From assembly GCF_001545095.1 (NCBI RefSeq), contig NZ_CP013213.1, forward strand, positions 1,290,001 to 1,322,000: a stretch of DNA of 32,000 bases, written 5' to 3'. Of the stretch, positions 9,669 through 18,244 are shown in pieces (the stretch's first letter is position 1; each line of letters starts with the position of its first letter). The stretch comes from Erysipelothrix larvae. Lineage in GTDB: Bacteria; Bacillota_I; Bacilli_A; Erysipelotrichales; Erysipelotrichaceae. The position numbers and the translations under genes were made by a program. Under the pieces are notes generated by a model. The model ran no database searches. It saw only the letters and a program-made list of their open reading frames with translations, and had not been told where the DNA came from.

Positions 9669-11443
9669 CTAGTATCTATTATACCAAAGTGTCCACGTTG
9701 TGACACAACAAAATCAAAAAGTGGTGACATAATAAACGTAATATGTCCATAATCACTCGTTTTTAGAAGTGAAATTCGGTATTGGTGTAATAATTGCATC
9801 ACATCTGGATGGGGATGATTGTAAATTGTTGGATTGCTGCTGGCAATTGCATAGGTTGGTCTGAGTGTACTGACAAGCAATTCGGAAGTGCTTGTTTTTG
9901 ATCCATGATGTCCAAGTTTTAGGACATCCACCTGCAGATTTGGGTAGTGTTTTAATAGATCTAACTCTTGTTTGATGTATGCATCCCCTGTAAACAAAAA
10001 GGATAAGCGTTTTGTTTGAAGTATGAAAATAAGGCTATTTTCATTGGATTCTTCATACGTTACATCTCCCAACAGCTCATATAAAAAGTGTACCGTTGAT
10101 TGCTTTTGTGTGATTAATGATTTGACGTCATATACATCCATTAAATAATCTTGATTCTCATTATGGTCCAAATCATCATGCGTAATAATGAGTTGGTCGA
10201 TGGAACGAATCGACAGCGATGTGAGGGCTCTTTCAAGGTTTGACAAGGCAAAGGCTCGTCCTGTATCGATCACAGTTACATGCGCATTAAACGCGGTTGT
10301 GATGATGATTGCATCCCCTTGCCCAACATCCACAATCATGACCCGTGGAAATGGAAAATACATCATAAATACAACAACACTGAGATATGCAATGCAATAG
10401 TGTTTAGGGTTTGATTTCCACACTAAGCACATGCCAAATACTAATAGTGGAATCTTGCCCCTTAATTCGAATCGGTTGGTAACACTCAAAAAATCATCAT
10501 ACCCTAATAGCAAGGTGGTCGCCAGTGTATTCATTCTTAATATCATGAACAGATATACCCCTGCAAAAAGGATAACCCATACCTTAAACAAAACCATTTG
10601 AAGAATATGTACAGACCCACTAAGTGTATGGATTAGAAATAAACGTGCAACTTCAAAAGATTTTTTGGGGATTGGTCCTGAGATTTCTTGGATTAGTGTC
10701 GGAAAATACGCAATAATAAATCCTAAGTGAAACTGTGCATAGGGAAACATAAATAACAGAATCAGCATCTTTGTCTCGGGTTTTAAATCAACACCCCGCA
10801 TCAGATGTCGAACACAGTTCAGACTAAACCCAAATGCATAACCATACAATCCAATGATTATCCGATAAAGTGCATTGCGTTTTTCTTTGGTGAGAACACG
10901 TCGTGTTGACCATATTAAGAGTTGTTCGATGGCATAGAAATGAAGTGCTAAAGAAACAAAAATATGTTGTGAGTCTTTGTAAATAAAATCCAAGAGGATG
11001 GGATAGTCCTTGTAGGCTGATTGTAGAAATCGATGGATCGGGCGTGGTTTTTTCACTTGCTTTGTGAATTCACCGTTTAATGTCCCTTGGTAACGGTTGA
11101 TGCTTTGAAAGTGGTTCTTTGACTCAAGGGGGATTATATCCCCTTCAAATTGATAAACTGCATCAAATTCTAAATTACCATCACCACTACTATAATATTT
11201 ATTCACACCGTTTCTGAGTACATACCAAGTATCCCTTTTTTCAATCACACGATAGTGAGTTTGAAAACTTGGTAAGTTAAGGTTGAGTGACAGCATAAAA
11301 AAGCATCCTAAAGCAAGCAGTTTGAGTGCATCATTTGGTGTATATTTTAATGCAATAACAATCGACACGAGGCACAAAAATGCGCATTGAACAAACACAT
11401 GATTCATAAACCCCATAAAGATTAGGGTTAATACTATAAACAT
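9665..11443 (-). CDS. comEC: DNA internalization competence protein ComEC/Rec2
   Basis: A polytopic competence domain is followed by a metallo-beta-lactamase domain (VDVGQGDA ... HDDLDH ... GHHGS). It overlaps comEA by 10 nt. Confidence 0.85.
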   Translation of the reverse strand: MFIVLTLIFMGFMNHVFVQCAFLCLVSIVIALKYTPNDALKLLALGCFFMLSLNLNLPSFQTHYRVIEKRDTWYVLRNGVNKYYSSGDGNLEFDAVYQFEGDIIPLESKNHFQSINRYQGTLNGEFTKQVKKPRPIHRFLQSAYKDYPILLDFIYKDSQHIFVSLALHFYAIEQLLIWSTRRVLTKEKRNALYRIIIGLYGYAFGFSLNCVRHLMRGVDLKPETKMLILLFMFPYAQFHLGFIIAYFPTLIQEISGPIPKKSFEVARLFLIHTLSGSVHILQMVLFKVWVILFAGVYLFMILRMNTLATTLLLGYDDFLSVTNRFELRGKIPLLVFGMCLVWKSNPKHYCIAYLSVVVFMMYFPFPRVMIVDVGQGDAIIITTAFNAHVTVIDTGRAFALSNLERALTSLSIRSIDQLIITHDDLDHNENQDYLMDVYDVKSLITQKQSTVHFLYELLGDVTYEESNENSLIFILQTKRLSFLFTGDAYIKQELDLLKHYPNLQVDVLKLGHHGSKTSTSELLVSTLRPTYAIASSNPTIYNHPHPDVMQLLHQYRISLLKTSDYGHITFIMSPLFDFVVSQRGHFGIIDTR

Positions 11444-11904
11444 ATCATGAGTTCCATGCGTTCAAACAAACGATTTTTAATTCCCTTTACTTCCATTATG
11501 GATTCCAGTGTTTGAAAGGACCCGTATTCATTGCGATGATCAATAATCCGATTCGCAATGGCTTCACCAACTCCAGGAAGTGTCATGAGTTCTTCATGTG
11601 TCCCAGTGTTAATGGATACACATGGTGTATCGGATAACAAAGGTATGGTAATGATATCCCCATCTTTTACCTTTTGATTGAGATTTAGTTTTGCATAATC
11701 TACATCATCATGAAGCTCAATGTGATCTTTTAGCGCAGATAAAGAACTGTAGGGTAACAGTTCTAGATGATAGGTTTCATTATGATATACAACCGTTATG
11801 TTTATATTTGATGCTTCATATGTAAAGGGTGTATATAAAATTGGGCGAAACACACTAATGAGGAGGATTGCAATTGCGATAGATAGGATATTCTTCGTTT
11901 TCAT
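11434..11904 (-). CDS. comEA: competence DNA receptor ComEA (SLBB + helix-hairpin-helix)
   Basis: N-terminal membrane anchor and C-terminal HhH (LMTLPGVGEAIANRIIDHRNEYGSFQTLESIMEVKGI). Confidence 0.8.
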   Translation of the reverse strand: MKTKNILSIAIAILLISVFRPILYTPFTYEASNINITVVYHNETYHLELLPYSSLSALKDHIELHDDVDYAKLNLNQKVKDGDIITIPLLSDTPCVSINTGTHEELMTLPGVGEAIANRIIDHRNEYGSFQTLESIMEVKGIKNRLFERMELMICL

Positions 11905-11965
11905 ACATTATCACCATTCTTAAATAAGAATTGACGAAGGATTTTCCTAACCATTTTTGCATTGA

Positions 11966-11993
11966 TAAAAAAACCTATCGCATGATGATAGGT
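11966..11993 (-). terminator. rho-independent terminator of greA
   Basis: Minus strand: ACCUAUC-AUCAUGC-GAUAGGU followed by U7. Confidence 0.8.
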
Positions 11994-11999
11994 CTTTGT

Positions 12000-12470
12000 T
12001 TATGTAACTTTTAGAATTTTAACAGAATATGGTTTTGCGACTTGTACTAGCACTTCATCACCAACTTTAGAATCCATAATTGCTTGCGCTAATGGTGAGA
12101 CATTAGACAAACGACCATTATCTGGATCTGCTTCAACAGAACCAACAATTGTAAAGGTCATTTCTTCGCCCATATCAATATCTAAAATTGTTACATTGGC
12201 ACCCAAACTCACAGTTTTGAATTTTTTGCCATTGGTGTCACCGATTAACTCAACACGTGATAGTGTATTCTCTAACTCACGTATACGAGCTTCTACTCTC
12301 GCTTGACGATCCCGTGCTGCATCATAATCAGCATTTTCTGACAAGTCACCTTGAGCGCGAGCGGCTTTTAAGTCCTCAATGACTTCAGCACGTTCTACTT
12401 CAATTAATTGACGTAATTCGCGGTTTAATTCATCTAAACCAGCCTGTGTTACAGGAATTTTTTCACTCAT
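12000..12470 (-). CDS. greA: transcription elongation factor GreA
   Basis: MSEKIPVTQAGLDELNRELRQL..., DLSENADYDAAR motif. The start was reset to the ATG at 12468-12470, preceded by AGGAGTG with a 5-nt spacer. Confidence 0.95.
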   Translation of the reverse strand: MSEKIPVTQAGLDELNRELRQLIEVERAEVIEDLKAARAQGDLSENADYDAARDRQARVEARIRELENTLSRVELIGDTNGKKFKTVSLGANVTILDIDMGEEMTFTIVGSVEADPDNGRLSNVSPLAQAIMDSKVGDEVLVQVAKPYSVKILKVT

Positions 12471-12593
12471 ACGATCACTCCTAACAGAAGACATTATACC
12501 ACACCCGAATTGATGATACTACTTTTTTATCAAGTTTTGCCTACACACTCCTTTGAATCGTTGTTTTATGTAATAAAGGATAACGCGTCTTGA

Positions 12594-12617
12594 TTAAAAA
12601 AAGGACTTTTGTCCTTT
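12594..12617 (-). terminator. rho-independent terminator of udk
   Basis: Minus strand: AAAGGAC-AAAA-GUCCUUU followed by a U-run. It overlaps the udk stop codon. Confidence 0.8.
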
Positions 12618-13245
12618 AATTATTGCCTCTACTAATGATACTTCCGATTTTTGTTGTCAACAAATCTATCGCAACTTTATTATGTGCACCTTCAGGAATG
12701 ATGATGTCTGCATAACGTTTTGATGGTTCGATGAATTGATCATGCATAATACGTACGGTTGTCAGGTATTGTTCGATTACATGGTCCATACTGCGTCCAC
12801 GTTTTTTTACATCACGAATCAAGCGACGAATGAAGCGCACGTCTGCTGGTGCATCGACAAATACTCGAATATCAAGTAAGTCACGTACACGTTCATCTTC
12901 AAGAAGAAGCAATCCTTCAATAACGATAACATCACTGCACTCGACAGTTTCAGTGTATGTACTGCGTGTATGATTAATAAAATCATACACAGGTTTTTGA
13001 ATACTTTTTCCATTTTTTAGTTGTTGGATGTCTGATAGCAGCAAATCTGTATCAAATGCAAAAGGATGGTCATAGTTTGTGTCATAACGCTCTTCAAGCG
13101 GAATGTTTGATTGATCCTTGTAGTAGTCATCCATTTTCAGGATGTAAACCGATTGTGTTTCTTTGTAATGTTCCTTCAAGATTCTTGCAATCGACGATTT
13201 ACCCGATGCACTACCGCCTGCAATCCCAATTAGTACTGGTTCCAT
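12616..13245 (-). CDS. udk: uridine kinase
   Basis: P-loop GIAGGSASGKSS and DDYYKD motifs. 209 aa. GGAGG RBS. Confidence 0.95.
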   Translation of the reverse strand: MEPVLIGIAGGSASGKSSIARILKEHYKETQSVYILKMDDYYKDQSNIPLEERYDTNYDHPFAFDTDLLLSDIQQLKNGKSIQKPVYDFINHTRSTYTETVECSDVIVIEGLLLLEDERVRDLLDIRVFVDAPADVRFIRRLIRDVKKRGRSMDHVIEQYLTTVRIMHDQFIEPSKRYADIIIPEGAHNKVAIDLLTTKIGSIISRGNN

Positions 13246-13340
13246 ATTAGAATATTTCCTCCGTTAGTCGTATGGTTTATTTCATATTACTATCTTGTTT
13301 AAGCATCCCAAAAACAATCAACATAATATGATAGATAAAA

Positions 13341-13601
13341 TTAATGAACGAGGTCTTCATCATGCTTTAAGATAAAAGCATTAAACACTTCTTCGATCAT
13401 ATCCCATTCTTGTTCGTCTGTGATATCGAGAAGTTCACCTTCTTCAGTATATGAAGATACATATACTTCACCATCTTCATCTTCAGGATTAATATAGAGT
13501 ACATATTCTTTCCCGTAGTTATCATCTTTAAATGTAAAGAGAATTTCCATTGTTACTTCATTACCTTCATTATCAATGACAATCATTGTAGTTTCATCCA
13601 T
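13341..13601 (-). CDS. DUF1292 / YrzB-like acidic small protein
   Basis: 86 aa and highly acidic, with the pattern F..DD..YVLY....DEDGEV typical of UPF0473. It sits in the conserved position after ruvX. It has an AGGAGG RBS and its own TGgTATAAT promoter at about 13631-13639. Confidence 0.75.
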   Translation of the reverse strand: MDETTMIVIDNEGNEVTMEILFTFKDDNYGKEYVLYINPEDEDGEVYVSSYTEEGELLDITDEQEWDMIEEVFNAFILKHDEDLVH

Positions 13602-13661
13602 GACATTGACCTCCTTAAATGTTCTTAGATATTATACCATAAAGATTTCATATTACTCTAA

Positions 13662-13684
13662 GAAAAAAGCCAGATTATCTGGCT
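13662..13684 (-). terminator. rho-independent terminator after ruvX
   Basis: Minus strand: AGCCAGA-UAA-UCUGGCU followed by U5CU. It overlaps the ruvX stop codon. Confidence 0.7.
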
Positions 13685-14111
13685 AGAAAAACCGTTGTCG
13701 GTCTAAAAGTGACTGTAGTATTTGTACAGCAGCCGCTTGATCGACAACTTTCTTTCTCTTTTTTCTTGATACATCTTGTGCAATAAGTTGACGCTCTGAT
13801 AAAACACTGGTTAGTCGTTCATCAATCAGCACGACTTTAATATTAAACCATGTCTCCAAAAGTGCTTTAAATTCTTCAGAAATCAAAGCGCGTTCCCCGA
13901 TATCATTGTTCATCATTTTCGGGTACCCCAAAGCAATTGTATTTACATTATGTTCTTTAAGGATGGGCTGAATCATATCTTTGAGATCCTCTAAATTTCC
14001 ATCAAACCGTAATGTTACAAGCGGATGGGCATACATGCCTAATCCATCAGATACAGCAACCCCACATGTTTTTGAGCCTAAATCAAGGCCGATGCTTTTA
14101 TAGATGCTCAT
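13683..14111 (-). CDS. ruvX: putative pre-16S rRNA nuclease / Holliday junction resolvase-like YqgF
   Basis: IGLDLGSKTCGVAVSD N-terminus and DERLTS motif. 142 aa. ATGA overlap with the upstream gene. Confidence 0.9.
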   Translation of the reverse strand: MSIYKSIGLDLGSKTCGVAVSDGLGMYAHPLVTLRFDGNLEDLKDMIQPILKEHNVNTIALGYPKMMNNDIGERALISEEFKALLETWFNIKVVLIDERLTSVLSERQLIAQDVSRKKRKKVVDQAAAVQILQSLLDRQRFF

Positions 14112-14368
14112 TTAGAACCTAGGTAAAAGCGCACTAATTCTTCAATTAACTCAAAACGCTCAACTTCTTGAATCAGTACTCGAGCATTTTTATGCGATGA
14201 AATATATGCTGGGTCATTGGAAATTAAATATCCTGAAATCTGATTCACAGAATTATACCCACGATCTTTTAGTGCACCATCAACACGTTCGAGAATGTCT
14301 CGAATACGTGCTTCTCTGATTTCTGATGAATCGTAAACACTTGTCTCTGTTAAATGCTTTTCGCTCAT
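14108..14368 (-). CDS. ireB: IreB family regulatory phosphoprotein (UPF0297, YrzL-like)
   Basis: 86 aa with GYNSVNQISGYLISNDPAYISSH, the characteristic UPF0297 core. It lies between alaS and ruvX, as in Bacillus. Confidence 0.8.
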   Translation of the reverse strand: MSEKHLTETSVYDSSEIREARIRDILERVDGALKDRGYNSVNQISGYLISNDPAYISSHKNARVLIQEVERFELIEELVRFYLGSK

Positions 14369-14386
14369 ATTATCTCTCCTTTAAAT

Positions 14387-16987
14387 TTATATACCTATTT
14401 TACCATAAATTTGAGATTGTGCAGCGTTTAAGTTACTTACATTTTTACCACCAGATTGAGCGAAGTTTGGTCTACCGCCACCATTACCTCCAGTAGCTTG
14501 TGCAAGTTCTTTTGCAAGGTCCCCTGCTTTATAGCCAGATTCGATTCCTTTTGGTGATACACTGACCATAAATGAAACATTGGGTTCATTCACATTTACT
14601 GCAAATAAAAGGTCAACATGATCTCTAAGTTTGTCTACAATCTCATTCATTAATTCTTTATCCGCATTATATTCTTGAACCCACAATACATTCAATCCTT
14701 CTTTTGAAACATTGACATCATTAAGCCATGTTTGGATTTTAGCATGCAGAGCATCTTTTAATAATAGGTCATATTTTTCTTGAAGTGATTGTTTTTCTAT
14801 GCGCATTTCCTCGATGCGTTCAATGATCGATTTTTGGGAAACGAGTTTTAGGTCTTCACGAATTAACTCAATCTCTTGTTCTGCCTTCTTAAAGGTCTCA
14901 TAAGCTCCAAGACTTGTCTTCCCAACGATACGACGTACCCCTGATCCAACACTTTCTTCTGATACAAGTTTGAATACCCCAATTTCACCAGTACTGAGTG
15001 CATGGGTACCCCCACATAATTCTTTGGATACATCACCCATAGAAACAACACGTACTACATCGCCATACGTATCACCAAATAATGCAATGGCACCCGAAGC
15101 TTTTGCTTCTTCAACATTCATGATATCAGTGTGAATTGGCAACGATTGCGCAATCCATTCATTGACTCTTCGCTCAATGTTTTTCAGTGTCTGAGGTGTT
15201 AATCGTTCAAAATGAGTAAAGTCAAAACGGAAGTATTGGTCATCAACATACGAACCCGCTTGATTCACGTGTTCCCCCACAAACTCATGAAGTGCTGAGT
15301 GTAAAAGATGGACACATGAGTGATTCTTACGAATTAAAATGCGACGGTTTGTATCCACACAAACATGAACTGTATCACCAAGATGCAAAGGTTCACTCAC
15401 TTCTACATGATGTAGGTGTTGGCCTGCATTTGCTTTTGATACCCCGACTATGTGACCACCTGATATCGAGCCAATATCGCTTACTTGTCCGCCACTTTCT
15501 GCATAGAATGGTGTTTGATCAAGTGCAACAAGGCCTTTATCATGAAGTGTTTCCACTGCATGCCCTTCAACAAATAGACCCGTGATGGTTGCCTCTACTT
15601 CAAATGTATCGTAAAGGAATTGACTTGGGACTTTAAAATTGAGGATATCTTCTTGTTGTGATCCCATGGATTCTATTTTTTGACGGCTTCCACGTGCACG
15701 TTCTTTTTGTGCTTCTAAAGCTTGATCAAACCCTTCAAGATCTACGCTAACACCACGCTCTTGAGCCATTTCTTGTGTCAATTCAATTGGGAATCCATAT
15801 GTATCATAGAGTTTAAACGCAACATCACCTGGCAATACAACGCCTTCTTGGCTTTCAATTGCGCTTAACAGAAGTTTCTCCCCTTCTTGAAGTGTTTTAA
15901 TAAATCGCTTTTCTTCATTTAATATCAATTTCTTGATATCTTCGGGACGATTATCTAAATCAGTATAAAAATCATGCATCACTTCAATCACAGAATCAAC
16001 AAGTTTATAGAGAAATGGTTCATTGATATCGAGCACACGTCCATACCGAGCAGCACGGCGCAGCAATCGGCGCAATACGTAACCACGCCCTTCATTTGAG
16101 AATAAAGCGCCATCATTGAGGGCAAATACAAGGGTCCGAATATGATCCGCAATTACGCGAAATGCCATTTCTTTTTCGTGATATTTAATTTGAGTAAAGG
16201 TTTCAGTTTCTGTGATAATTGGTAAGAATAAATCAGTATCAAAGTTTGTTTCACCGCCTTGCACAATACTTACTAAGCGTTCAAAACCCATTCCCGTATC
16301 AATATTCTTTTGTGGAAGTTCTTTAAATTCATGGAAATCGACCCCTTCTTTTCCATCGTATTGAGAGAATACAATATTCCATACTTCGATATAGCGATCA
16401 TTTTCAAGTTCTTCAAAGAACAACCGTTCTCCTAAGTTTTCAGGGTCATATTTTGGTCCACGATCGTAAAAGATCTCACTATTTGGCCCACAAGGTCCGT
16501 CTCCAATTTGCCAGAAGTTATCATCGGTCTTCAGTATACGCTTTGGATCAATACCAATCACTTCAGTCCAAATGCGATATGCTTCATGATCTTCAGTATG
16601 AACACTCACGTACATATGCTGTGCATCAAGTCCAATCCAATTGGGTGAAAATAAAAATTCATAGCCAAACTGAATTGCATCTTCTTTAAAATAGTCTCCA
16701 ATTGAAAAATTACCCAACATCTCAAAGAATGTATGGTGACGTGCAGTGTAACCAACATTATCAATATCATTGGTACGAATTGATTTTTGAACATTCGCAA
16801 TTCGAGGATTCATCGGTTTAACCCGTCCATCAAAATACTTTTTGAGCGCGGCTACTCCTGAATTAATCCATAATAATGTGTCATCGTTGATTGGAACTAA
16901 TGATGCTCCAGGTTCAATCATATGATTTTTTGACTTAAAATAGTCTAAGAACATGGTTCTTACTTGGCTGCTGGTTAACTGTTTCAT
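14387..16987 (-). CDS. alaS: alanine--tRNA ligase
   Basis: 866 aa. FLDYFKSKNH..., FEMLGNFSIGDYFK, an editing-domain HxxxH...CGGTH block and a C-terminal DHHA1-like region. Confidence 0.97.
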   Translation of the reverse strand: MKQLTSSQVRTMFLDYFKSKNHMIEPGASLVPINDDTLLWINSGVAALKKYFDGRVKPMNPRIANVQKSIRTNDIDNVGYTARHHTFFEMLGNFSIGDYFKEDAIQFGYEFLFSPNWIGLDAQHMYVSVHTEDHEAYRIWTEVIGIDPKRILKTDDNFWQIGDGPCGPNSEIFYDRGPKYDPENLGERLFFEELENDRYIEVWNIVFSQYDGKEGVDFHEFKELPQKNIDTGMGFERLVSIVQGGETNFDTDLFLPIITETETFTQIKYHEKEMAFRVIADHIRTLVFALNDGALFSNEGRGYVLRRLLRRAARYGRVLDINEPFLYKLVDSVIEVMHDFYTDLDNRPEDIKKLILNEEKRFIKTLQEGEKLLLSAIESQEGVVLPGDVAFKLYDTYGFPIELTQEMAQERGVSVDLEGFDQALEAQKERARGSRQKIESMGSQQEDILNFKVPSQFLYDTFEVEATITGLFVEGHAVETLHDKGLVALDQTPFYAESGGQVSDIGSISGGHIVGVSKANAGQHLHHVEVSEPLHLGDTVHVCVDTNRRILIRKNHSCVHLLHSALHEFVGEHVNQAGSYVDDQYFRFDFTHFERLTPQTLKNIERRVNEWIAQSLPIHTDIMNVEEAKASGAIALFGDTYGDVVRVVSMGDVSKELCGGTHALSTGEIGVFKLVSEESVGSGVRRIVGKTSLGAYETFKKAEQEIELIREDLKLVSQKSIIERIEEMRIEKQSLQEKYDLLLKDALHAKIQTWLNDVNVSKEGLNVLWVQEYNADKELMNEIVDKLRDHVDLLFAVNVNEPNVSFMVSVSPKGIESGYKAGDLAKELAQATGGNGGGRPNFAQSGGKNVSNLNAAQSQIYGKIGI

Positions 16988-17217
16988 TTTAACTCTCCTT
17001 TTGAAAATAAAAAAAACATTTCACATCTCAGGAACGTTTTCACGCGGTACCATCCTGATTCATACGAAATGTATGCACTTTTTCTTCTTAACGCGAAGTC
17101 ACGGGTTTTACCCATCTAAGAAAGGAGCACGCACTGCAGATAGTAGGTCATTTCACCAATCTGACCCTCTCTTTGAATCTATCCTTAACAGCTTGTATGG
17201 CTTTCTTTACGACATGT
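16988..17217 (-). promoter_or_regulatory. T-box leader (tRNA-Ala sensing) of alaS
   Basis: Minus-strand RNA contains a stem I with an AGAGAG bay and a GGUCA/UGACC distal helix. The lower helix is AAGAAAG/CUUUCUU. The T-box sequence AGGAUGGUACCGCG is the reverse complement of 17043-17056. An AU-rich hairpin plus U8 lies just before the alaS SD. The putative specifier loop GUGCGUGCUCC contains both GCG and GCU, so the exact specifier codon is not resolved. Confidence 0.8.
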
Positions 17218-17223
17218 AAATCA

Positions 17224-17252
17224 ATTTTACCATAAACGAATCTGTTTGACTA
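17224..17252 (-). promoter_or_regulatory. promoter of the alaS T-box leader (extended -10)
   Basis: Minus strand: TAGTCA (17247-17252), 17-nt spacer, TGgTAAAAT (-10 hexamer at 17224-17229). Confidence 0.45.
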
Positions 17253-17323
17253 GCACCAAAGTGATTGCATTTAATGAATCATAGACTTGTGCTGGATGAA
17301 ACCATTAAGTTTCATTAGTGTAT

Positions 17324-17349
17324 AAAGAAGTCTTTCTCAAGACTTCTTT
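17324..17349 (-). terminator. terminator hairpin after the BusR-like regulator gene
   Basis: Perfect 11-bp stem AAAGAAGUCUU-GAGA-AAGACUUCUUU. The U-tract is only partial (UUUAUACAC). Confidence 0.65.
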
Positions 17350-17369
17350 AAGTATCATATCATTTTGTT

Positions 17370-17993
17370 TTAGTTTTTCTCTTTGATCCATGTTTCAAGA
17401 TCATTCATATTTCGCACACTACCCATTACAACAATTGTATCCCCTGCTTCAAAGAGCGCATTTGGGCCTGGTGAGAGAATCATATTACCATTCTTATTTA
17501 AGGCCACAATTGTCATCCCTGTTTGTTGGAAGAACTGTGACCCTTTAATCGTTTTTCCTACAAGCTGTGATTCTGGTGCCAATACAAGTTCAAAACGTTT
17601 GAGTGGATCGGTACTTGAAAAGCGTCCGGTTAGGTCTACCAACTGATTGATTACGCGATCAATCTCTCGATCCAACTTTTGACGTTGTTGCATCAATTCT
17701 GATAGTTGATGTCTAAGCTCGGTTACATCATGAGCAGACTCCATACTCTCTAAATATTGCACGGCTTTGTGTTTATCTTTAACAATCACTCCCATGTTAT
17801 TTTTTATTTCCACAACACCTTGTTCATGTAAAAGGTTTGTAGCACGTCGAATCGTTTCAGGCGAAACACCATATTCACTGCTCAACGTTGAGCGTCCTGA
17901 AAGTTTCATACCTACTTTGATATCGTTGCTTGCAATACGTGATGCTAGATCAACTGCAATTTTTTGGTAAATTGAACGTTTAACTTTTCTCAT
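17370..17993 (-). CDS. GntR-family wHTH regulator with coiled-coil linker and C-terminal TrkA-C/RCK_C domain (BusR-like)
   Basis: wHTH: SGRSTLSSEYGVSPETIRRATNLLHEQGVVE. Heptad-rich linker: ELRHQLSELMQQRQKLDREIDRVINQLVDL. RCK_C: GKTIKGSQFFQQTGMTIVALNKNGNMILSPGPNALFEAGDTIVVMG. The start was reset to the ATG at 17991-17993, with GAGGTG 4 nt upstream. The ORF-track start is a TTG. Confidence 0.75.
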   Translation of the reverse strand: MRKVKRSIYQKIAVDLASRIASNDIKVGMKLSGRSTLSSEYGVSPETIRRATNLLHEQGVVEIKNNMGVIVKDKHKAVQYLESMESAHDVTELRHQLSELMQQRQKLDREIDRVINQLVDLTGRFSSTDPLKRFELVLAPESQLVGKTIKGSQFFQQTGMTIVALNKNGNMILSPGPNALFEAGDTIVVMGSVRNMNDLETWIKEKN

Positions 17994-18004
17994 ACAGCAC
18001 CTCA

Positions 18005-18018
18005 ATTATACGTATAAT
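18005..18018. promoter_or_regulatory. perfect 14-bp palindrome (candidate operator) on the BusR-like gene promoter
   Basis: ATTATACGTATAAT is its own reverse complement. It overlaps the extended -10 (TGaTATTAT, 18014-18022 on the minus strand) and the predicted TSS, and abuts the SD. Confidence 0.45.
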
Positions 18019-18139
18019 ATCATAAATGATTTTGTTTGAAAAAATAGTTTTGCGTAATTTATAGAAATTTTAAATATTTCTTACTTAATCATTATTTTTT
18101 CATCATTTCTTTTCTATATGCATATATAATATCACAACT

Positions 18140-18182
18140 TATCCACCTATCACCATGATAACAACATGATTTTAGGTGGATA
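18140..18182 (-). terminator. large hairpin downstream of the adhesin gene (probable terminator)
   Basis: A 10-bp perfect inverted repeat TATCCACCTA / TAGGTGGATA has a 23-nt spacer that itself contains a CAUG...CAUG pairing. On the minus strand it is followed by AGUUGUGAUAUUAUAU (only U-rich). On the plus strand it is followed by UAUUUUGCAUUU. Confidence 0.4.
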
Positions 18183-18244
18183 TTTTGCATTTAATAGGAT
18201 TTGAGTTACCACATCCCTGAACAATTTAGGATTATTGTAGGTGA

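Noticed and set aside
12471-12494. Upstream in-frame starts extending greA (12494), cysK (22446), the adhesin gene (21208), the BusR-like gene (18005, TTG) and trmR (26801, GTG).
   Set aside because: For greA, cysK, the adhesin gene and the BusR-like gene, a downstream ATG with a proper SD gives the conserved family N-terminus, while the extensions lack an SD. The trmR case has no SD at either candidate start and remains uncertain, as noted in its feature entry.
17295-17315. Second hairpin ATGAAAC-cattaa-GTTTCAT between the BusR-like gene terminator and the alaS promoter, as a possible sRNA or terminator.
   Set aside because: It has no U-tract on either strand and no promoter of its own. It is too little evidence to call a feature.
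18139-18182. Two DnaA-box-like 9-mers in inverted orientation (TTATCCACC, and ATATCCACC on the opposite strand) in an AT-rich 240-bp spacer, as a possible replication origin.
   Set aside because: There are only two imperfect boxes, and they simply form the arms of a hairpin. There is no dnaA/dnaN context and no box cluster or DUE pattern. The uniform minus-strand gene orientation on both sides argues against an origin here.
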